Numbered from the stretch's first letter, positions 11,923 through 26,432 are shown. The stretch is DNA of 64,000 bases from Octopus bimaculoides (GCF_001194135.2 NC_068985.1:24658653-24722652), one strand, 5' to 3'. A program made the numbers and translations. Notes: generated by a model from the letters alone, not told the origin.

Positions 11923-13837
11923 GCCATTTGAATTATTACTTCCCCTGGGTGAGGTGTCTTTATGCCAGGTATTGACGGGCTAAGGTATGAGAGTGGAACA
12001 AGCACAGGTGTCTTGTTATAGAGGAGATATATGGCTATCCCACATTATGTAAGGTTGGGTGGGAATATCTGGAGAGAAGATAAAGATGGTAGTGATGGGG
12101 TGCCAGAATGAACCCTCAAGGTACAAGAAGGTGAACATAAGAGAAGAAACAGACACTGGATCAGGAGTAGGGGTTTGGTTTGTAACCATCTAGTTTTAGG
12201 TTCAGTCCCATACAAAATACTTTGAGCATGGTATCTTCTACAATGCATATAGCTCAGGACCAATCAATGCTTTATGAGCGAATTTGGTGGACACAAACTG
12301 CATGGAGGCCCATCATGAGACAGAGAGAGAGAGAGAGAGAGAGAGTACGCATGCGCATGCATGCATGTGTGTGTACGCACATGTGCATGTTTGTGTTTGT
12401 ACCTGACTCCCTGTTTGGTAACAAGTGTTGGCTTCTTTGCATCTTTGTAACATAGCAATTCAATAAAAAGGAACCAAGAGAATATGGACCACACATAAAA
12501 TAAGCAAACAAAGGAACTGATTCTGATCAACTGAATTCTTCAAGGCGGTGCCCTACCACGGACATAGTCAAATGTCTGAAACCAGGATAAGAATATAACA
12601 AAATGGAAAAAAAAACAGAAAACAATAGAAAGAATTGTATTTTCATGAAAATTCATTTAAATAACATGCCATCACTTCATAAAAATTAAGAAGCCTATAT
12701 TCATATATCTTTGAAATGAAAATGAAAAAGAAAAAGACCATGATAGGAAGAAATACATTTTAATGCATATCAGCGTTTATCACAGCATCAGACAGTTTTT
12801 TCTTTTCTTCCAGTTTTTAATGAAGTTGTTTTGCATTTTTAAAAGTTTTAAAGGAATTATTAAATTTAAGATGGAAATTACAATATGGAAGAAGACGAAG
12901 TAGAAAAAATGAAGAAGAAACATTGGTTTAATTTGCAAGGTCTCCCCGCAACCCCACCCCCTTGTTTCCTCCTTCTTTTTCTTATCTTTGAAATGAGATG
13001 ACATTAGCACTGCAAAAACAGGATTGGTTTTGATTAATTTCCCCTCTTTTGAAGCCATTAAAAGATCAAAGCTTGGTGAAGAACTTCAGATGCACAAATA
13101 CACATAGAGATGTACATAGACATTTAAAAAAAAAATAATAATAATAACAATAATAATAAAATAATGATAATAATCNNNNNNNNNNNNNNNNNNNNNNNNN
13201 NNNNNNNNNNNNNNNNNNNNNNNNNNNNNNNNNNNNNNNNNNNNNNNNNNNNNNNNNNNNNNNNNNNNNNNNNNNNNNNNNNNNNNNNNNNNNNNNNNNN
13301 NNNNNNNNNNNNNNNNNNNNNNNNNNNNNNNNNNNNNNNNNNNNNNNNNNNNNNNNNNNNNNNNNNNNNNNNNNNNNNNNNNNNNNNNNNNNNNNNNNNN
13401 NNNNNNNNNNNNNNNNNNNNNNNNNNNNNNNNNNNNNNNNNNNNNNNNNNNNNNNNNNNNNNNNNNNNNNNNNNNNNNNNNNNNNNNNNNNNNNNNNNNN
13501 NNNNNNNNNNNNNNNNNNNNNNNNNNNNNNNNNNNNNNNNNNNNNNNNNNNNNNNNNNNNNNNNNNNNNNNNNNNNNNNNNNNNNNNNNNNNNNNNNNNN
13601 NNNNNNNNNNNNNNNNNNNNNNNNNNNNNNNNNNNNNNNNNNNNNNNNNNNNNNNNNNNNNNNNNNNNNNNNNNNNNNNNNNNNNNNNNNNNNNNNNNNN
13701 NNNNNNNNNNNNNNNNNNNNNNNNNNNNNNNNNNNNGGTCACACTGTTGGGTACTGAAAAAGATGAAATTTCTCTTTAAAACAAAAACTGCTACATAAAA
13801 ATATTTTTGTATGTTAAGACAGGAAAAAATTTATAAT

Positions 13838-14661
13838 TACTGTAAAAACTCATGTAATTAGCACACCTGTGTAATTTACACAGGTGATTTTCAGGATAAA
13901 AATTTTTAAAACAAGCTTCTACTCATGTAAAATTTGCACCCAAAAGTTTCCAGAATTGCCGATATGGCCAGGGAGAAAAGGTTTTCAATTTAGTTGTATT
14001 TAGCATAATTTCACTTATGATTAAATTTTATTAAATTTTCATTAAATAAAAATAATTTCTGTTTAACAAGTATCACATTGAAAGCTATTATTACAATAAT
14101 AAACTTTATTTTATATTTCTTGCCCACAAGAGATTATGTCTGATCTTTCACACACTTCTGTATGTCTTCTCAAATCATGATCACAGGAAAAGTTGTTGAT
14201 AATTCTTATCAACAAAAACCAAGCAGATAAATATGCACAGGTGTTGCAAATTGAGTTTAATTACCAATAAACATCAGCTTGAATGACACTTTACTCAGCT
14301 GAGTAAAATATATAAAATATGGCCCAGACCGTGATTACTAGCATGAACATCAGACTTCAACAAGTAGTTAACCATTTAATGGTTTTAGTAAATTTATACA
14401 AAAAGTAAGCATTATACTATCCAGCATAAATAAAAGTCAACTTCATTATATTTAAGCCCTTATTTTTTTTCCTATAAAAACCTATTCTGACTTTAAATGA
14501 GTCAACTTCCAGTACAAATGTTTACATTTTGTTCGTCTTTTTACAACAAAACAATTTCTAAAAAAATTCTGGAAACGATCTACTCATGTAATTTACAGAC
14601 CCGTAAAGTTTATTTTTATTTTTGTGAAAAAAATGCATAAATTACATGGGTTTTTACAATA
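13838..14661. mobile_element. pogo/Tigger-like non-autonomous element
   Basis: TIR tactgtaaaaactcatgtaatt versus tattgtaaaaacccatgtaatt; TA flanks; internal actcatgtaa copies. Confidence 0.6.
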
Positions 14662-15399
14662 TGTAATGCATCTTGAAAAACAATTAATATAAGCAAAAGA
14701 ATAGATTAACACCACATATTTAATATTGGTGTATTAGATTTAGATTTTAAAAGTCTAGAAAGAAAGCTTTGAGTGGGCCTAAGAATGAAAGTGCTATGAT
14801 TGTGAAGTTACATCTACCTAACTTCACAGTAGTCAAAGTCACATGATCCCTAATCAGGTTGCTTCCTATAATTTTCTGCTTTGTGATATACTATGTATTT
14901 TAAGTATTTATTTACAAACCTACATCATCAGAAAATAAATAACAGTTATCCATTTGACAATGTCTTCATATTTCAGTGAGTTTAATATCCAGGTTTAGAG
15001 GTTGTGTAATGGACATGAAAACAGTTCTTTATTCCAGACCAAACCAACAGAAAATAAAAATACAAGCACAATCATGTGGTTTAGAAGTTTGCTCTGCAAC
15101 ACATGGTTTTGAGTTTGATCTCAGTGAACCTTGGATATGTGTTTTCTATAATTCTATCAAAGTCTTGGATTGACCAAAGCATTGCAAATAAAATTTGGAT
15201 AGAGAGAAACTGTAGAGAAGTCCAATGTGTATTTAGAAAACCAACATCAAACAATTCAAACATTGGAAACTCCTCTCACCTTAACAGGTATAAAATTTCA
15301 GGGTTACTTCCATCAGCATTGACAGTAGGGCAATTGTGAGACACTTAAGTGGGGATAAGTAGATATAGACAGGGTAAAAGAGTTAAGACAGCAGAATCT

Positions 15400-16600
15400 C
15401 AGTCAAATCCTTATGGGCAAGAAACAAAGGTGCAAATTCTTAAAAGTAGCAGCATTAATGTTAGTGCAGTAGCCATGTTGTCGGTATGCAAAATGGACAA
15501 AGAAACTGAGTTAGTCTAAGTATGTGACTGTAAAATCAGCTTAGACTAATCATGGATAACAGTGACAACTGCATTTACACCACAATGGAGACTGACAGAA
15601 AAACAGCAGGAATGTTTCTCAAAGGCATACTACCACAACAATGCTGACAGCAATATTATTATCATTGTGGGTTACTTATATGGACATATTAGGCAACAAT
15701 ATGATAGCTACAGCAGTATATATGGATACTAAGGCTATTGCATGGGGAATGGGGGAAAATGAACACTGTTAGGCTCTTGTGTCACAAATGATCTGACAAT
15801 TTGTAACTTTAACTTCAGGAAAATGGTTAGCAATTTGATCACCTATCAAGCAGGTGAACGCAGTAAGCTAGACAGATTTCCCAGGGAAACATGATAGGTC
15901 ATTAATTGTGAAACTAAATCATTCCCCAGTGAAGAGTGAACCACTCAACCGAGACTAGTGACCAGTCACCCCAAGGCCAGAGCCAGATGGACTCAGAGAC
16001 AAAAGACAATGTGAGAAGGAATGGAATCTGAAAGATTCCTTTGCAAGACATAGGTTCAAAGGAATAGTATTTGATGCAGAAGACAAACTGGAAGAGGGGA
16101 TAGAGACGTATAATATAGAGGGTAAATGGTAAGTTTCTACAAGACAACATGCTGTGAGCCACATACCAAATCATCCAAACTTATATAGCTCATAGAGGAA
16201 TAAAATCTAAAAAGACAGGCTTGGAATGATTAGAAGAAAGCAAGAAGCAAGGAATGATATGATGTAGGTTTAAAAGAAGGTAGATGTCAGGCATAAGCAG
16301 CTTGAAGAGAAGCTGAAAATGAGAGGCTTGTCTAGAACTAATGTTCTGTAAAGAGACAATCAATTATCAATTTTTGCAACAAGAGGATAGTGAGGTGTTC
16401 CAGATTGCCGACAGTATTTCACAATAAATTAAAACTTCACTGAGAAAAAAAATAAATACACAATGACAGAAGTGTATTTAACCATATTAACAATGTGAGA
16501 AGAAAGAGACTTGGAAACGTTACAATCAGAGGTTGCTGGGTAAGGAGAATGCAAAGGAGAGGAAGAAGCTGGCACAAGAAGTCCTAACTTCAAAATGATA
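15400..16600 (+). mobile_element. Heavily degraded RTE-like LINE (APE endonuclease and linker)
   Basis: Remnants AFTPQ..., IIIIVGYLYGHI, and frameshifted NFRK...LITYQ...TQPRLV-like segments. Confidence 0.55.
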
Positions 16601-16934
16601 ATGATGATGATGATGGTGTATTGAGTGTGTTAGCATCAGCAACAGATATACTCATCTGCAAGAAAATTTCCCATGTACCAGTGTGTCAAACAAAAGTACC
16701 TTGTGGTATTATTCACCCAAGCTGCACAGTTTCTCTCAACACTGGAAATGCCGCGTGGAACGGATTGTCCCATTAGTAACGTCTAACCAACAATGCTATT
16801 GTTGACAAAATACAAGATATAAAACTAGTAAGTTAGTATGATACAGTACAGGCTAAATATCCACCCAACCATGAGCCTCCAACAATAGGTGAAATAATAC
16901 ACCAATTATAGTGTACTCCCTCCACATCCATATT

Positions 16935-16965
<31 letters not shown>

Positions 16966-17288
16966 GCCTGTCAGATATACTTTCTCTCTAGTACAAAAGG
17001 AAAATAATACAGCATAAAATGTATGAGAAAATAAACATATTTATTCTCATTTTAAACATTTTTAGCTAATTAATAAGTGTTTCCTTGTTTTGAGATATTT
17101 CATGAACTATAAGAAATATTAGAACGCAAAGTCTTAGGATACAATGTCTTAAAATTAAACTAGCTATTTTATTAATACATCATTTTAGTACAGCTACAAA
17201 ATTATTACTAGCATTTTTTTTTTGTTTTCTTTTTAAAACAAACAGTAAATAAAATTCTACTGCCTTAGAGACAAGAAAATAAGCTTAC

Positions 17289-17379
17289 CTTTGTAAACAT
17301 CATGCCAGCATACCAAACATACATATCATGTACTGTAGGGAAGTATAAAGCTTTGCCAAAATAGGGTGTATCTTTTGAC
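17289..17379 (-). CDS. ARAP: ARAP exon SKDTPYFGKALYFPTVHDMYVWYAGMMFTK (PH5 end)
   Basis: ttacag/gtaagc, 91 nt; PH terminal helix W; frame still open at the donor. Confidence 0.9.
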
Positions 17380-17868
17380 CTGTAATAAAGACAACACAAG
17401 AACAAACTTAAATATTTTTTCTTATATTTCATAACAGAGTCACTTTATAAATTCACGGAAATCAAACACCAGACCACAATTACAACTGAGATATGTGACT
17501 TTGTAGCAATCAGATGTAACTGATATCAGACACTATAAGAGGTTTATCAATGTAAATGGTCATGCTTAAAGACACTGAATTATGCCTAAAATATAGGTAT
17601 CTTCCTAGAAAGAAAACCTCTATTTGCCAACACGATAACCACAGACCCACATTTCAAATGTTTTCTCTCCCCATTTCCTCTGACACTATTTCTATAGCCT
17701 CGCCTCCTCTGCTTTGGCCCTCTATATCAATCTAACTTTTACTCTTCCTTACTTTACCCAGACTACTGCATTTGAAGTCTAATCATTTTTGTTTTCTACT
17801 CAAGAAATGCATTTTCCTAAAGTCATGGAATCTCCACCTCTCTTTTTTTTTTTCTCTTTCTCTCTCTC

Positions 17869-17903
<35 letters not shown>

Positions 17904-18084
17904 ATCAAAACCTCACAATAATCCAGACTAAATATCAACCACATTACCCTCACTCAATTATCCGTAACCCTGTCATTATCCCCAGCTGAGAAGAATCTAA
18001 AATGGTGACAAATGCAACCTCAGACTAACAAAGAAAATCAAAATGCCAGCCAAAGTCAGAATAAATATCTTAGGATTCACTTAC

Positions 18085-18129
18085 CTTTTCTGTTTCTCAT
18101 TCTTCACAACAAAAGTAAAACCAGGGCGT
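18085..18129 (-). CDS. ARAP: ARAP exon RPGFTFVVKNEKQK(R) (PH5)
   Basis: ttttctag/gtaagt, 45 nt; GFT motif. Confidence 0.88.
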
Positions 18130-18300
18130 CTAGAAAAAAAAATTCAAAAGTAAAAAAGAGATCTTACCAGTGAATTACATTTTAAATTTACTAACTTTAA
18201 ATTTACTATTTCAGAATAGTAAAACCCAAGAGTTCTAATTTTGCCAGGTGTACCATTAACTTTCATAATTATGCCTATGTTTCTTGTCAAAAGAACCTCA

Positions 18301-18435
18301 TATTTTAATAATATTTTATTATTATTATATATTAAATAATATTTTAATAATATTTTATTATTATTATATATTAAATAATATTTTAATAATATTTTATTAT
18401 TATTATATATTAAATAATATTTTAATAATATTTTA
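18301..18435. repeat. Pure-AT 39-bp minisatellite, about 3.4 copies
   Basis: Unit tattttaataatattttattattattatatattaaataa. Confidence 0.9.
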
Positions 18436-18479
18436 AAACACCCTCAGAAAATATTAAAGACAAACCATTTGAGGAAACA

Positions 18480-19040
18480 GCAAGCTTAGTACGTGGGTAG
18501 TATCATTGATTAAACAGGAAACGCTGAGAGTGAAGAGAAACTCAAGACTGGTGAAGTAAAAGTCCTATTTCTCCAACTGAATAACATCAGGAAGACAAGG
18601 CCTATCACCAGGAACACTAAGATTTACATCTTCAATTCATGTATGAAGTTTGTCCCAGTGTATGGAGCTGAGACATGTGAACATATGAAATCCACTCTAA
18701 AGATCTTCACAGCCTCAGAATCCATTGGCCAAAGAAAAGAAAGCCTATAACAGAGCTTTGTGAGAGTTCATCTGTTGACATGGAAATCAAATGAAAAAAA
18801 GTGACGCTGGCTTGGATGCACCTTCAGGAAGCCCCAACATAGTGTTGCTAAGCAGTCCCAAGACAAAAAAAAGAAAGAAGAAGAATCACATAATTTCAGA
18901 CAAAATGACCAGAAAATGAATACTGAAGTGAAGACATCAGGATGGTACAGGGTGCAACTGAAGAGGAAGTCCTTGGAGAGGGATGAGTGGAGGAGAATCT
19001 TTGATGGCCAATGCCCTAGAAGGGATCAAGAGTCTGAGTG
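18480..19040 (+). mobile_element. Degraded RTE-like LINE 3' region
   Basis: TKIYIFNSCMKFVPVYGAET motif and typical RTE terminal composition. Confidence 0.55.
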
Positions 19041-19324
19041 AATGCAAGATAATACATACACATGAAAGGCAAAGATGACCTCAGTGGAATTTGAACCCAG
19101 GACAAAAGGAGTCACAAGAAATACCACTAGGCTTTTTTCCCAATGTTCTAATGATTCTACCAGCTCGCTGCCTTACATACTTCAGTAATAATACTTTCAT
19201 CAATATTAATGCTCAGCGGAAATCAAAATCTATAAAATACACCAAGTCTATGATGTTGATAAAACTACAAATATTACTTACATTTAAGGGGGTAGGACTA
19301 TGAAAGAAGTTAAAGGAAACTTAC

Positions 19325-19401
19325 AGTTTTGGATCTCTGTTTTGCTCAATTCCCATGTAAATATTCAAATCTTCTATTCGCCATGTGGCTATTGGTGAAC
19401 C
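19325..19401 (-). CDS. ARAP: ARAP exon GSPIATWRIEDLNIYMGIEQNRDPK(L) (PH5)
   Basis: gactag/gtaagt, 77 nt; W-x-I-x-x-L-x-IY-x-G motif. Confidence 0.92.
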
Positions 19402-20698
19402 CTAGTCATAAATACACATGAAATAGTAAACATTTAACAAATGACACTGATAGAGATAAACATGTAAACAGTTAAAGGAACAGAAATAAAAGAGAGGCAA
19501 GGATTAGATTACATAAATAATGAAGACTTTTGTCTTTATTTCCCTTTGGCAACTCCTAAGCTTGGTCTAAGAATACAAAAATCATCAATTTAGCATCCAA
19601 TGTTCCATGCCAGAATGAGTTACACAAGACTTAATAAGGCAGTAGCTGGAAAGAATATAAAGGTGATGAGGGGGCCAGAATGAACTCTCAAGACACAAGA
19701 AAGTAAGTGTAAGAGAGAATAATGAGAGTGGATGGGGGGATGGTAATTTCATAAGAGTGAAAGGAGAATAAAAGATGTTTAAGGATGAAGGTAGAGATAA
19801 ATGTATTGAGTGATAAACAAGGGAAGGAGCGTTGGTTGATGTGAGATATCAGTATATATATATATTGATATTATGGGATGGTATATGGCCTAGTGGTTAG
19901 GGTGTGGCATTCATGATCAAGAGGTCATGGGTTTGACTCACAGATCAGGCAGTGCTTTGTGTTCTTAATCAAAACACTTCATCTCACACTGCTCTGCAAT
20001 CTCATCAGCACCTGACATGTGGCACACCATGTACTTGTACAGACAATGTCAATTTGATGGAAGAAGTAAGCTAGTATGCAACACAAACATTTGATCATTA
20101 TAGACAAATTATCTGTGTGCAGATTGTTCAGCAACAAATTATAGAGCCCTCATCTGTCATCTGCAACAGGAGACTCCAAGATAAACAATATACAGTTAAT
20201 TTTCACAAAAATAATGTGTGTACAGGCACGAGTGTGGCTGTGTGGTAAGAAGCTTGCTCCCCAACCACATGGTTCCAGGTTCAGTCTCACTACATGGTAT
20301 CTTGGGCAAGTGTCTTCTACTATAGCCTTGGGCCAACCAAAGCCTTGTGAGTGGATTTGGTACATGGAAACTGAAAGAATCCCATCGTATATGTATGTAT
20401 GTATGTATTTATGTGTGTGTCTGTGTTTATGTTTGTTTCCTCAGCATCACTTGACAACTGATGTTGGTGTGTTTATGTCCCCATAACTTAGCAGTTTAGC
20501 AAAAGAGACTGATAGAATAAGTACTAGGCTTTAAAAGAATACATCCTGGGGTTGATTTCTTCAACTAAAAAAACCCTTTAAGGCAGTGTTCTAGTATGGC
20601 AACAATCAAATGACTGAAAAGAGTAAAAGAATAAAAGAATATTTGTGTGTGTGTGTCTCTATAAACGAAAAGAGAATAACTTCTAAGGCAACACTAAC

Positions 20699-20812
20699 CT
20701 TTGTATCTTTATAATAAGACAATTTAGCTTGGGAAAATTCAAACCAATATTTGCGAGACACTTTCTTTTCACAAAATTCAAGCTCAGCCATAAGAGTTTT
20801 GCTGGGATCAAA
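20699..20812 (-). CDS. ARAP: ARAP exon FDPSKTLMAELEFCEKKVSRKYWFEFSQAKLSYYKDTK (PH5 start)
   Basis: cgacag/gttagt, 114 nt, phase 0 to 0. Confidence 0.9.
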
Positions 20813-21375
20813 CTGTCGTTGTAATAAAATAAAAACAGAATTATAATAACCCGTTTAGTGCAGTAATGAAACAAACAATGTAATATTAAACAGAGAATAA
20901 ATAACTCATTAGTTACTGAAATAAATAATAATTAATCACTTACTAATATTGATGAGGTTCTTTTTTTGGTTCACAGCATAATGATTTTAATTATTTCTAC
21001 ATATCATTTGATGAAGGAAACATTAAGAAGCTGACACTAACTTACTAATATATTCAAATTCTCTATTTTTTTGTCATGTAAAAAAAAAAAAAAAACCTTG
21101 AAAATTACTGAGTGGCTGTGTGGTAAGTAGCTCGCTTACCAACCACATGGTTCCGGGTTCAGTCCCACTGTGTGGCACCCTGGGCATGTGTCTTCTACTA
21201 TAGCCTCAGGCTGACTAAAGCCTTGTGAGTGGATTTGTAGATAGTAACTGAAAGAAGCCCGTTATATATATATATATATATACACTCTCTCTTTCCTTTC
21301 CTGAGCGTCCAATAATACTATCCATATCACGTCCTCACTTTGTTGTTTTTTTGTTTTTTTGTTATTGTGTTTTTG

Positions 21376-21458
<83 letters not shown>

Positions 21459-21683
21459 TGTATATATGTTTGTGCATCAGTGCTTGTACTCCCATCATCA
21501 CTTGACAACCAATGCTGGTGTGTTTACATCCCTGTAACGTAGCAGGTTGGCAAAAGAGATCAATAGGCTTACAAAGAATAATTGCTTGACTAAAAGGCAG
21601 TGTTTCAGCACAACTGCAGTCAAATAACTGAAACGAATAAAAGAATGCATCTTTCATAAAACTAGTTGAGAATTGTAGAACAG

Positions 21684-21911
21684 TTAACCTTTTCATTACT
21701 GTATTTAATTTAAGATGTTCTGTGTTTCTTTCAGTTACTTTAAATATAACAAAGAATTTAGTAAAATAACTTCATTATCATTCAGCTAGTGTTAGGAGCA
21801 TGACTCGTGACTAAGGTTTAGTGGAAGATTTTAATTCAAAACTTATGAAAACAAGACATTTGTACTCAGAGCCAGAGCCGGTTTCAGCCAAATTGGTAAC
21901 GAAAGGGTTAA
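21684..21911. mobile_element. piggyBac-like MITE
   Basis: TTAA-cctttttcattac...ggtaacgaaaggg-TTAA; related relics near 48773-48995 and 60037. Confidence 0.65.
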
Positions 21912-22422
21912 AATGAAGACAAGCAAACCACCACATAGACAGCCACTGTCTGGTGATTTTGCTTGATGATGTGTAGGAGAACTCCACTGGTTTACCTAGT
22001 TATTTTATCTGAAGACAGGCATTTAGTGGAGGGGTTTTTGGTGAGTATAAGAAAATGCTTTCCTCCAATGATATTTCTTCTGGTTCTTTATGCCTTGCAT
22101 TCAAATACACAAAGGTCAAATTTTGCCATTTATCCTGTTGGGATTGATAAAACAACAGTCAAGTACTAGGGTCAATAGAACTGACTATAACCCCTTCCTC
22201 TAAAATTACTGTCCATGCACCAAAATTTCAAATCATTATATTATTGGCATTGGTGAGGGATTGAAACAGAGATTACATATTGCTCTTCAACACTAACTAG
22301 AAATTCTATTAAAATTTTGAAAGTAAATAACAATTCAATGTTAAATAGTAAAATAGTGATGTACTACACAAGAACTCTTTTAACTTTTATGAGAAGAGTT
22401 TCAAAATATTAAATTTACTTAC

Positions 22423-22553
22423 ATATTCTTTGAAGTTGACACACAGATGAGACTGTTTGACCAGCAAACGAGTCTCTCGAGCATCAGTTTCATCCCAGAA
22501 TTTATACTGGCTGAGAACATCTTCTATATTTTCTGTAGAATGTATTGGTCGCT
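22423..22553 (-). CDS. ARAP: ARAP exon RPIHSTENIEDVLSQYKFWDETDARETRLLVKQSHLCVNFKEY (RA end)
   Basis: ttcacag/gtaagt, 131 nt; ERP(I/L)H-x-x-E motif. Confidence 0.93.
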
Positions 22554-23199
22554 CTGTGAAAGCAAAGTGCAAATATATAAGTCAACTTTAACTTAGTAAT
22601 GTAATAAGAAGTTCATCATTTAAAAGCATTCATTTATAACAAATTATACAACAAGTGAAGGCATGTGGCTTAGTGGTTAGGGCATTCGGCTCATGATTGT
22701 AAGGTCGTGAGTTCAATTCCCAGCGATGCATTGTGTCCTTGAGCAAGACACTTTATTTCACATTGCTGGCAAAAATGAGTAGTACCTGTATTTCAAAGGG
22801 CTGGCTTTGTCACACTTTGTGTCACGCTGAATCTCCCTGAGAACTACATTAAGAGTACAACTACATTAAGAGTACAAGTCTCCAGCTTGCTATCTTTGGT
22901 CAGACCATCCAACTTATGGCAGCATGGAAAACAGACATTAGATGATGATGATGGTGGTGGTGGTGCCAGCTTAATGATATTCATTGTATGAAAAATTACT
23001 GCCAAGACCTAAATCTTACCAAAAAAAGCTAATCGTCATCATCATCGTTTAACATCTGCTTTCCATGCTAGCATCGGTTGGACGATTTGACTGAGGACTA
23101 GCAAACCAGATGGCTGCACCAGGCTCCAATCTGATCTGGTAGAGTTTCTACAGCTGGATGCCCTTCCAAAAGCCAACCTCTAAATAAATAAATATACTG

Positions 23200-24030
23200 G
23201 TGCAGGTGTGGCTGTGTGGTAAGAAGCTTGCTTCCCAGCTACATGGTTGTGGGTTCAGTCCGACTGCATGGCGCCTTGGGCAAGCTTCTTCTACTATAAC
23301 CTCAGGCCAACCAAAACCTTGTGAGTGGATTTGGTAGATGGAAACTGAAAGAAGTCTATCGCATCTATCTCATCATCATCATCAGCATATACATATATAC
23401 ATATATATATATATATGTATATGTGTGTGTATGTATACTCTTTTACTTGTTTCAGTCATTTGACTGTGGCCATGCTGCAGCACTGCCTTTAGTCGAGAAA
23501 ATCGACCCCAGGACTTATTCTTTGGAAACCTAGTACTTATTCTATCGGTCTCTTTTGCCGAACCGCTAAGTTACGGGGACGTAAACACACCACCATCGGT
23601 TGTCAAGCGATGTTGGGGGGACAAACACAAACACGCAAACATATACACACACATACATATATATATATATACATATATACGACGGGCTTCTTTCAGTTTC
23701 CGTCTACCAAATCCACTCACAAGGCTTTGGTCGCAGTGGGACTGAACCCGGGACCATGTGGTTGGTAAGCAAGCTACTTACCACACAGCCACACATATAT
23801 ATATAGGTGTAGGGTTAGGCTTTATATCTGTATTTGTTCCTGTCACTGCTTGAGAACTGATGTTGGTATGTTTACATCTCCATAACTTAGTGGCTCAGCA
23901 AAAGAAATCAATAGAATAAGTTCTAGATCTAAAAACCTAAAAGTACTAGGGTCAGTTCATTTGACTAAAAATCCTTCAAGGCAGTGCCCCAGCATGGCCG
24001 CAGTCTAATGACTGAAACAAGTAATAAATA
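23200..24030. mobile_element. SINE family A (+) containing an inverted full family A copy (23435-23795, -)
   Basis: + head 23200-23360, - copy, + tail 23830-24030. Confidence 0.8.
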
Positions 24031-24049
24031 AAAACGTAATAATATATAC

Positions 24050-24158
24050 CCAGTGTTCCATTGCAGACAGTTTCATAAAGAATCCAGTCAACGCCCTTCA
24101 AACAAATTTTAGGTTGGACTCTTTCTAAAATATCTCCACCATTCATAGTCCAGGAAAC
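24050..24158 (-). CDS. ARAP: ARAP exon VSWTMNGGDILERVQPKICLKGVDWILYETVCNGTL(E) (RA)
   Basis: attttag/gtatat, 109 nt; W-x-L-x-E motif leading into LERP. Confidence 0.9.
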
Positions 24159-24882
24159 CTAAAATGACAGAAAAATGGAAAATGTTAATTCAACATAAAG
24201 TAGGAACTGAAATAATGAGTTAAGAATGACGCATGTAGCTATGGATATATATCACTTACAACATAAAATTCTCCAGAGAATATGGCTTTACAGCAAATAG
24301 AATACAACAACATAAACCCTGCTATTTAGTCAGAATTCATCATCATCATCATCATTTAACGTCCGTTGTTCATACTGGCATGGGTTGGATGGTTTGACCA
24401 GAGCTGTTGAGTCTGATTTAGTATGGTTTCTATGGCTGGATGCCCTTCTTAATGCCAACCACTCCAAAAGTTTAATGGATGCTTTTACGTGCCACGTGCA
24501 CAGGTGCCAGTATCTGCTACAACAACGATTTCCCTTGGCTTGATGGGTCTTCTACTCAAGCATGGCATATTGTCAGAGGTCTCGGTCATTTGTCATTGCC
24601 TCCATGAGGCTCAACACTCGAAAGGTGCTTTTTACATGCCACCAGCATGGGTGCTAGTTATGAGACACCAGTATTGGTCACATTGCCTCCAGTTACGTGA
24701 CACCAGCATCAGTACTATGATGTTGAAATAAGGAATCAAATGCTACTGCAAATTACTTATTGTACATAAGAAAATTATGACAAGTCATATAAGTACATAA
24801 CAGTCAGAGTGAGTGAATGAGAGTAAGAGTGAGTGAGTGAATGAGAGTCAGAGTGAGTGAGAGAGGGTGTGTGTATACTTAC

Positions 24883-24957
24883 AGTGGTTGCTATTGGTTG
24901 GGAATCGTAGACACCCACATACAAATGAAGCAGCAAAGAATCAGATACCACAGAAAC
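24883..24957 (-). CDS. ARAP: ARAP exon VSVVSDSLLLHLYVGVYDSQPIATT (RA start)
   Basis: ttttcag/gtaagt, 75 nt. Confidence 0.88.
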
Positions 24958-26107
24958 CTGAAAAGAGGAAATACATAAACATATGAATGTCTTGGATCTC
25001 CCAAACCCACATATTGGGGGGGGGAGCTATGTATTTCATTTACTTACATTTCCCATCATTCTCTCTGAATCTGTTACATTCAGAAAATCAGCTTAAATTC
25101 ATCATTGTTTGTCCCTTTATAAAATTGAAATCTTTCAATACATCACCTTTAAAAAATCTCTCTCTGGAACATACATGCTGCTACCTTTCTTGCAGCTTTT
25201 ATATCTCATCCCTTTCTATCACTCATTCTCTCCTTCTATTTACTATACTAATACTATGCTATCTATGTGACAAAAAATGGCTGTATATCTTCTAGTTCAA
25301 TGTAACACGTTGCCTATTTAAGTAAGGATGGCAATGGAGCTCTCCTATTTACTGTACCATGCTATTTGTGTAAGCATGGACAGCACAAAATCTGTCTGAC
25401 ACTCATCTGCTCTCCTATTCATCTCACCACATCATTCATATAACCAGGGATTGCACTAGACACATCCCTATTCTATCCCCATAGACCCAATCATTCTACC
25501 TTGCTCACTTTTAAATAATCCCTGAAACATATACTTCATTAGAAGTATCACAAATCATTGTATCACAAATCATTGCTCCTTCTCCCACTAGGACACTTAT
25601 GACTGACAGTCATCACTCTCTCTTACCACTGACCATCCCTATTACTATTCATCACTTTCTTTCTCCCTCTACTACCCTCTTATCTTAATCATTCAATTCT
25701 ACCATCATACTCTTCCTCTCTCCACCTACTCATCTTGGTTCTTCTCTTTTCACACAATTTTATTCATATTCTCGATGACATTACCTTGAACAAACAGATA
25801 CATCATAGAGCAGTGAGGACTGTTTAGCTTTATGGAATACAAGGAAACCTCACTAATGCTGGTACACAACAAAATGCACTCAGTAAAGTGATAGGCGTTA
25901 GAGAGCATATCCAATCACGGAAACCATGAATGAATGAGAACTGGTCCTCTGACCCATCTCAGAAGGCAAACACTGTGACTAAAAACCAATTAGAGTTGTG
26001 ACTGTGACACTATTGTCCAAAACTAGGCCAACATGGAAAGCAAATGTGATAATTCTGACACATATGCTTGAGCACATACACAAGCATTCACGTTTGTGTG
26101 TGCATGC

Positions 26108-26432
<325 letters not shown>

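Noticed and set aside
12780-13058. 92-aa minus-strand ORF as the last exon
   Set aside because: Low-complexity UTR- or intron-like composition, and no phase-compatible link to exon 17289 was found.
16700-16785. Open phase 0-to-2 segment as an extra ARAP exon
   Set aside because: Weak gtactt donor and poor acceptor, no ARAP similarity, and the context looks like an interspersed repeat.
22849-25576. Short 15-17-bp tandem duplications (about 22849-22882 and 25546-25576)
   Set aside because: Ordinary slippage events with no further structure.
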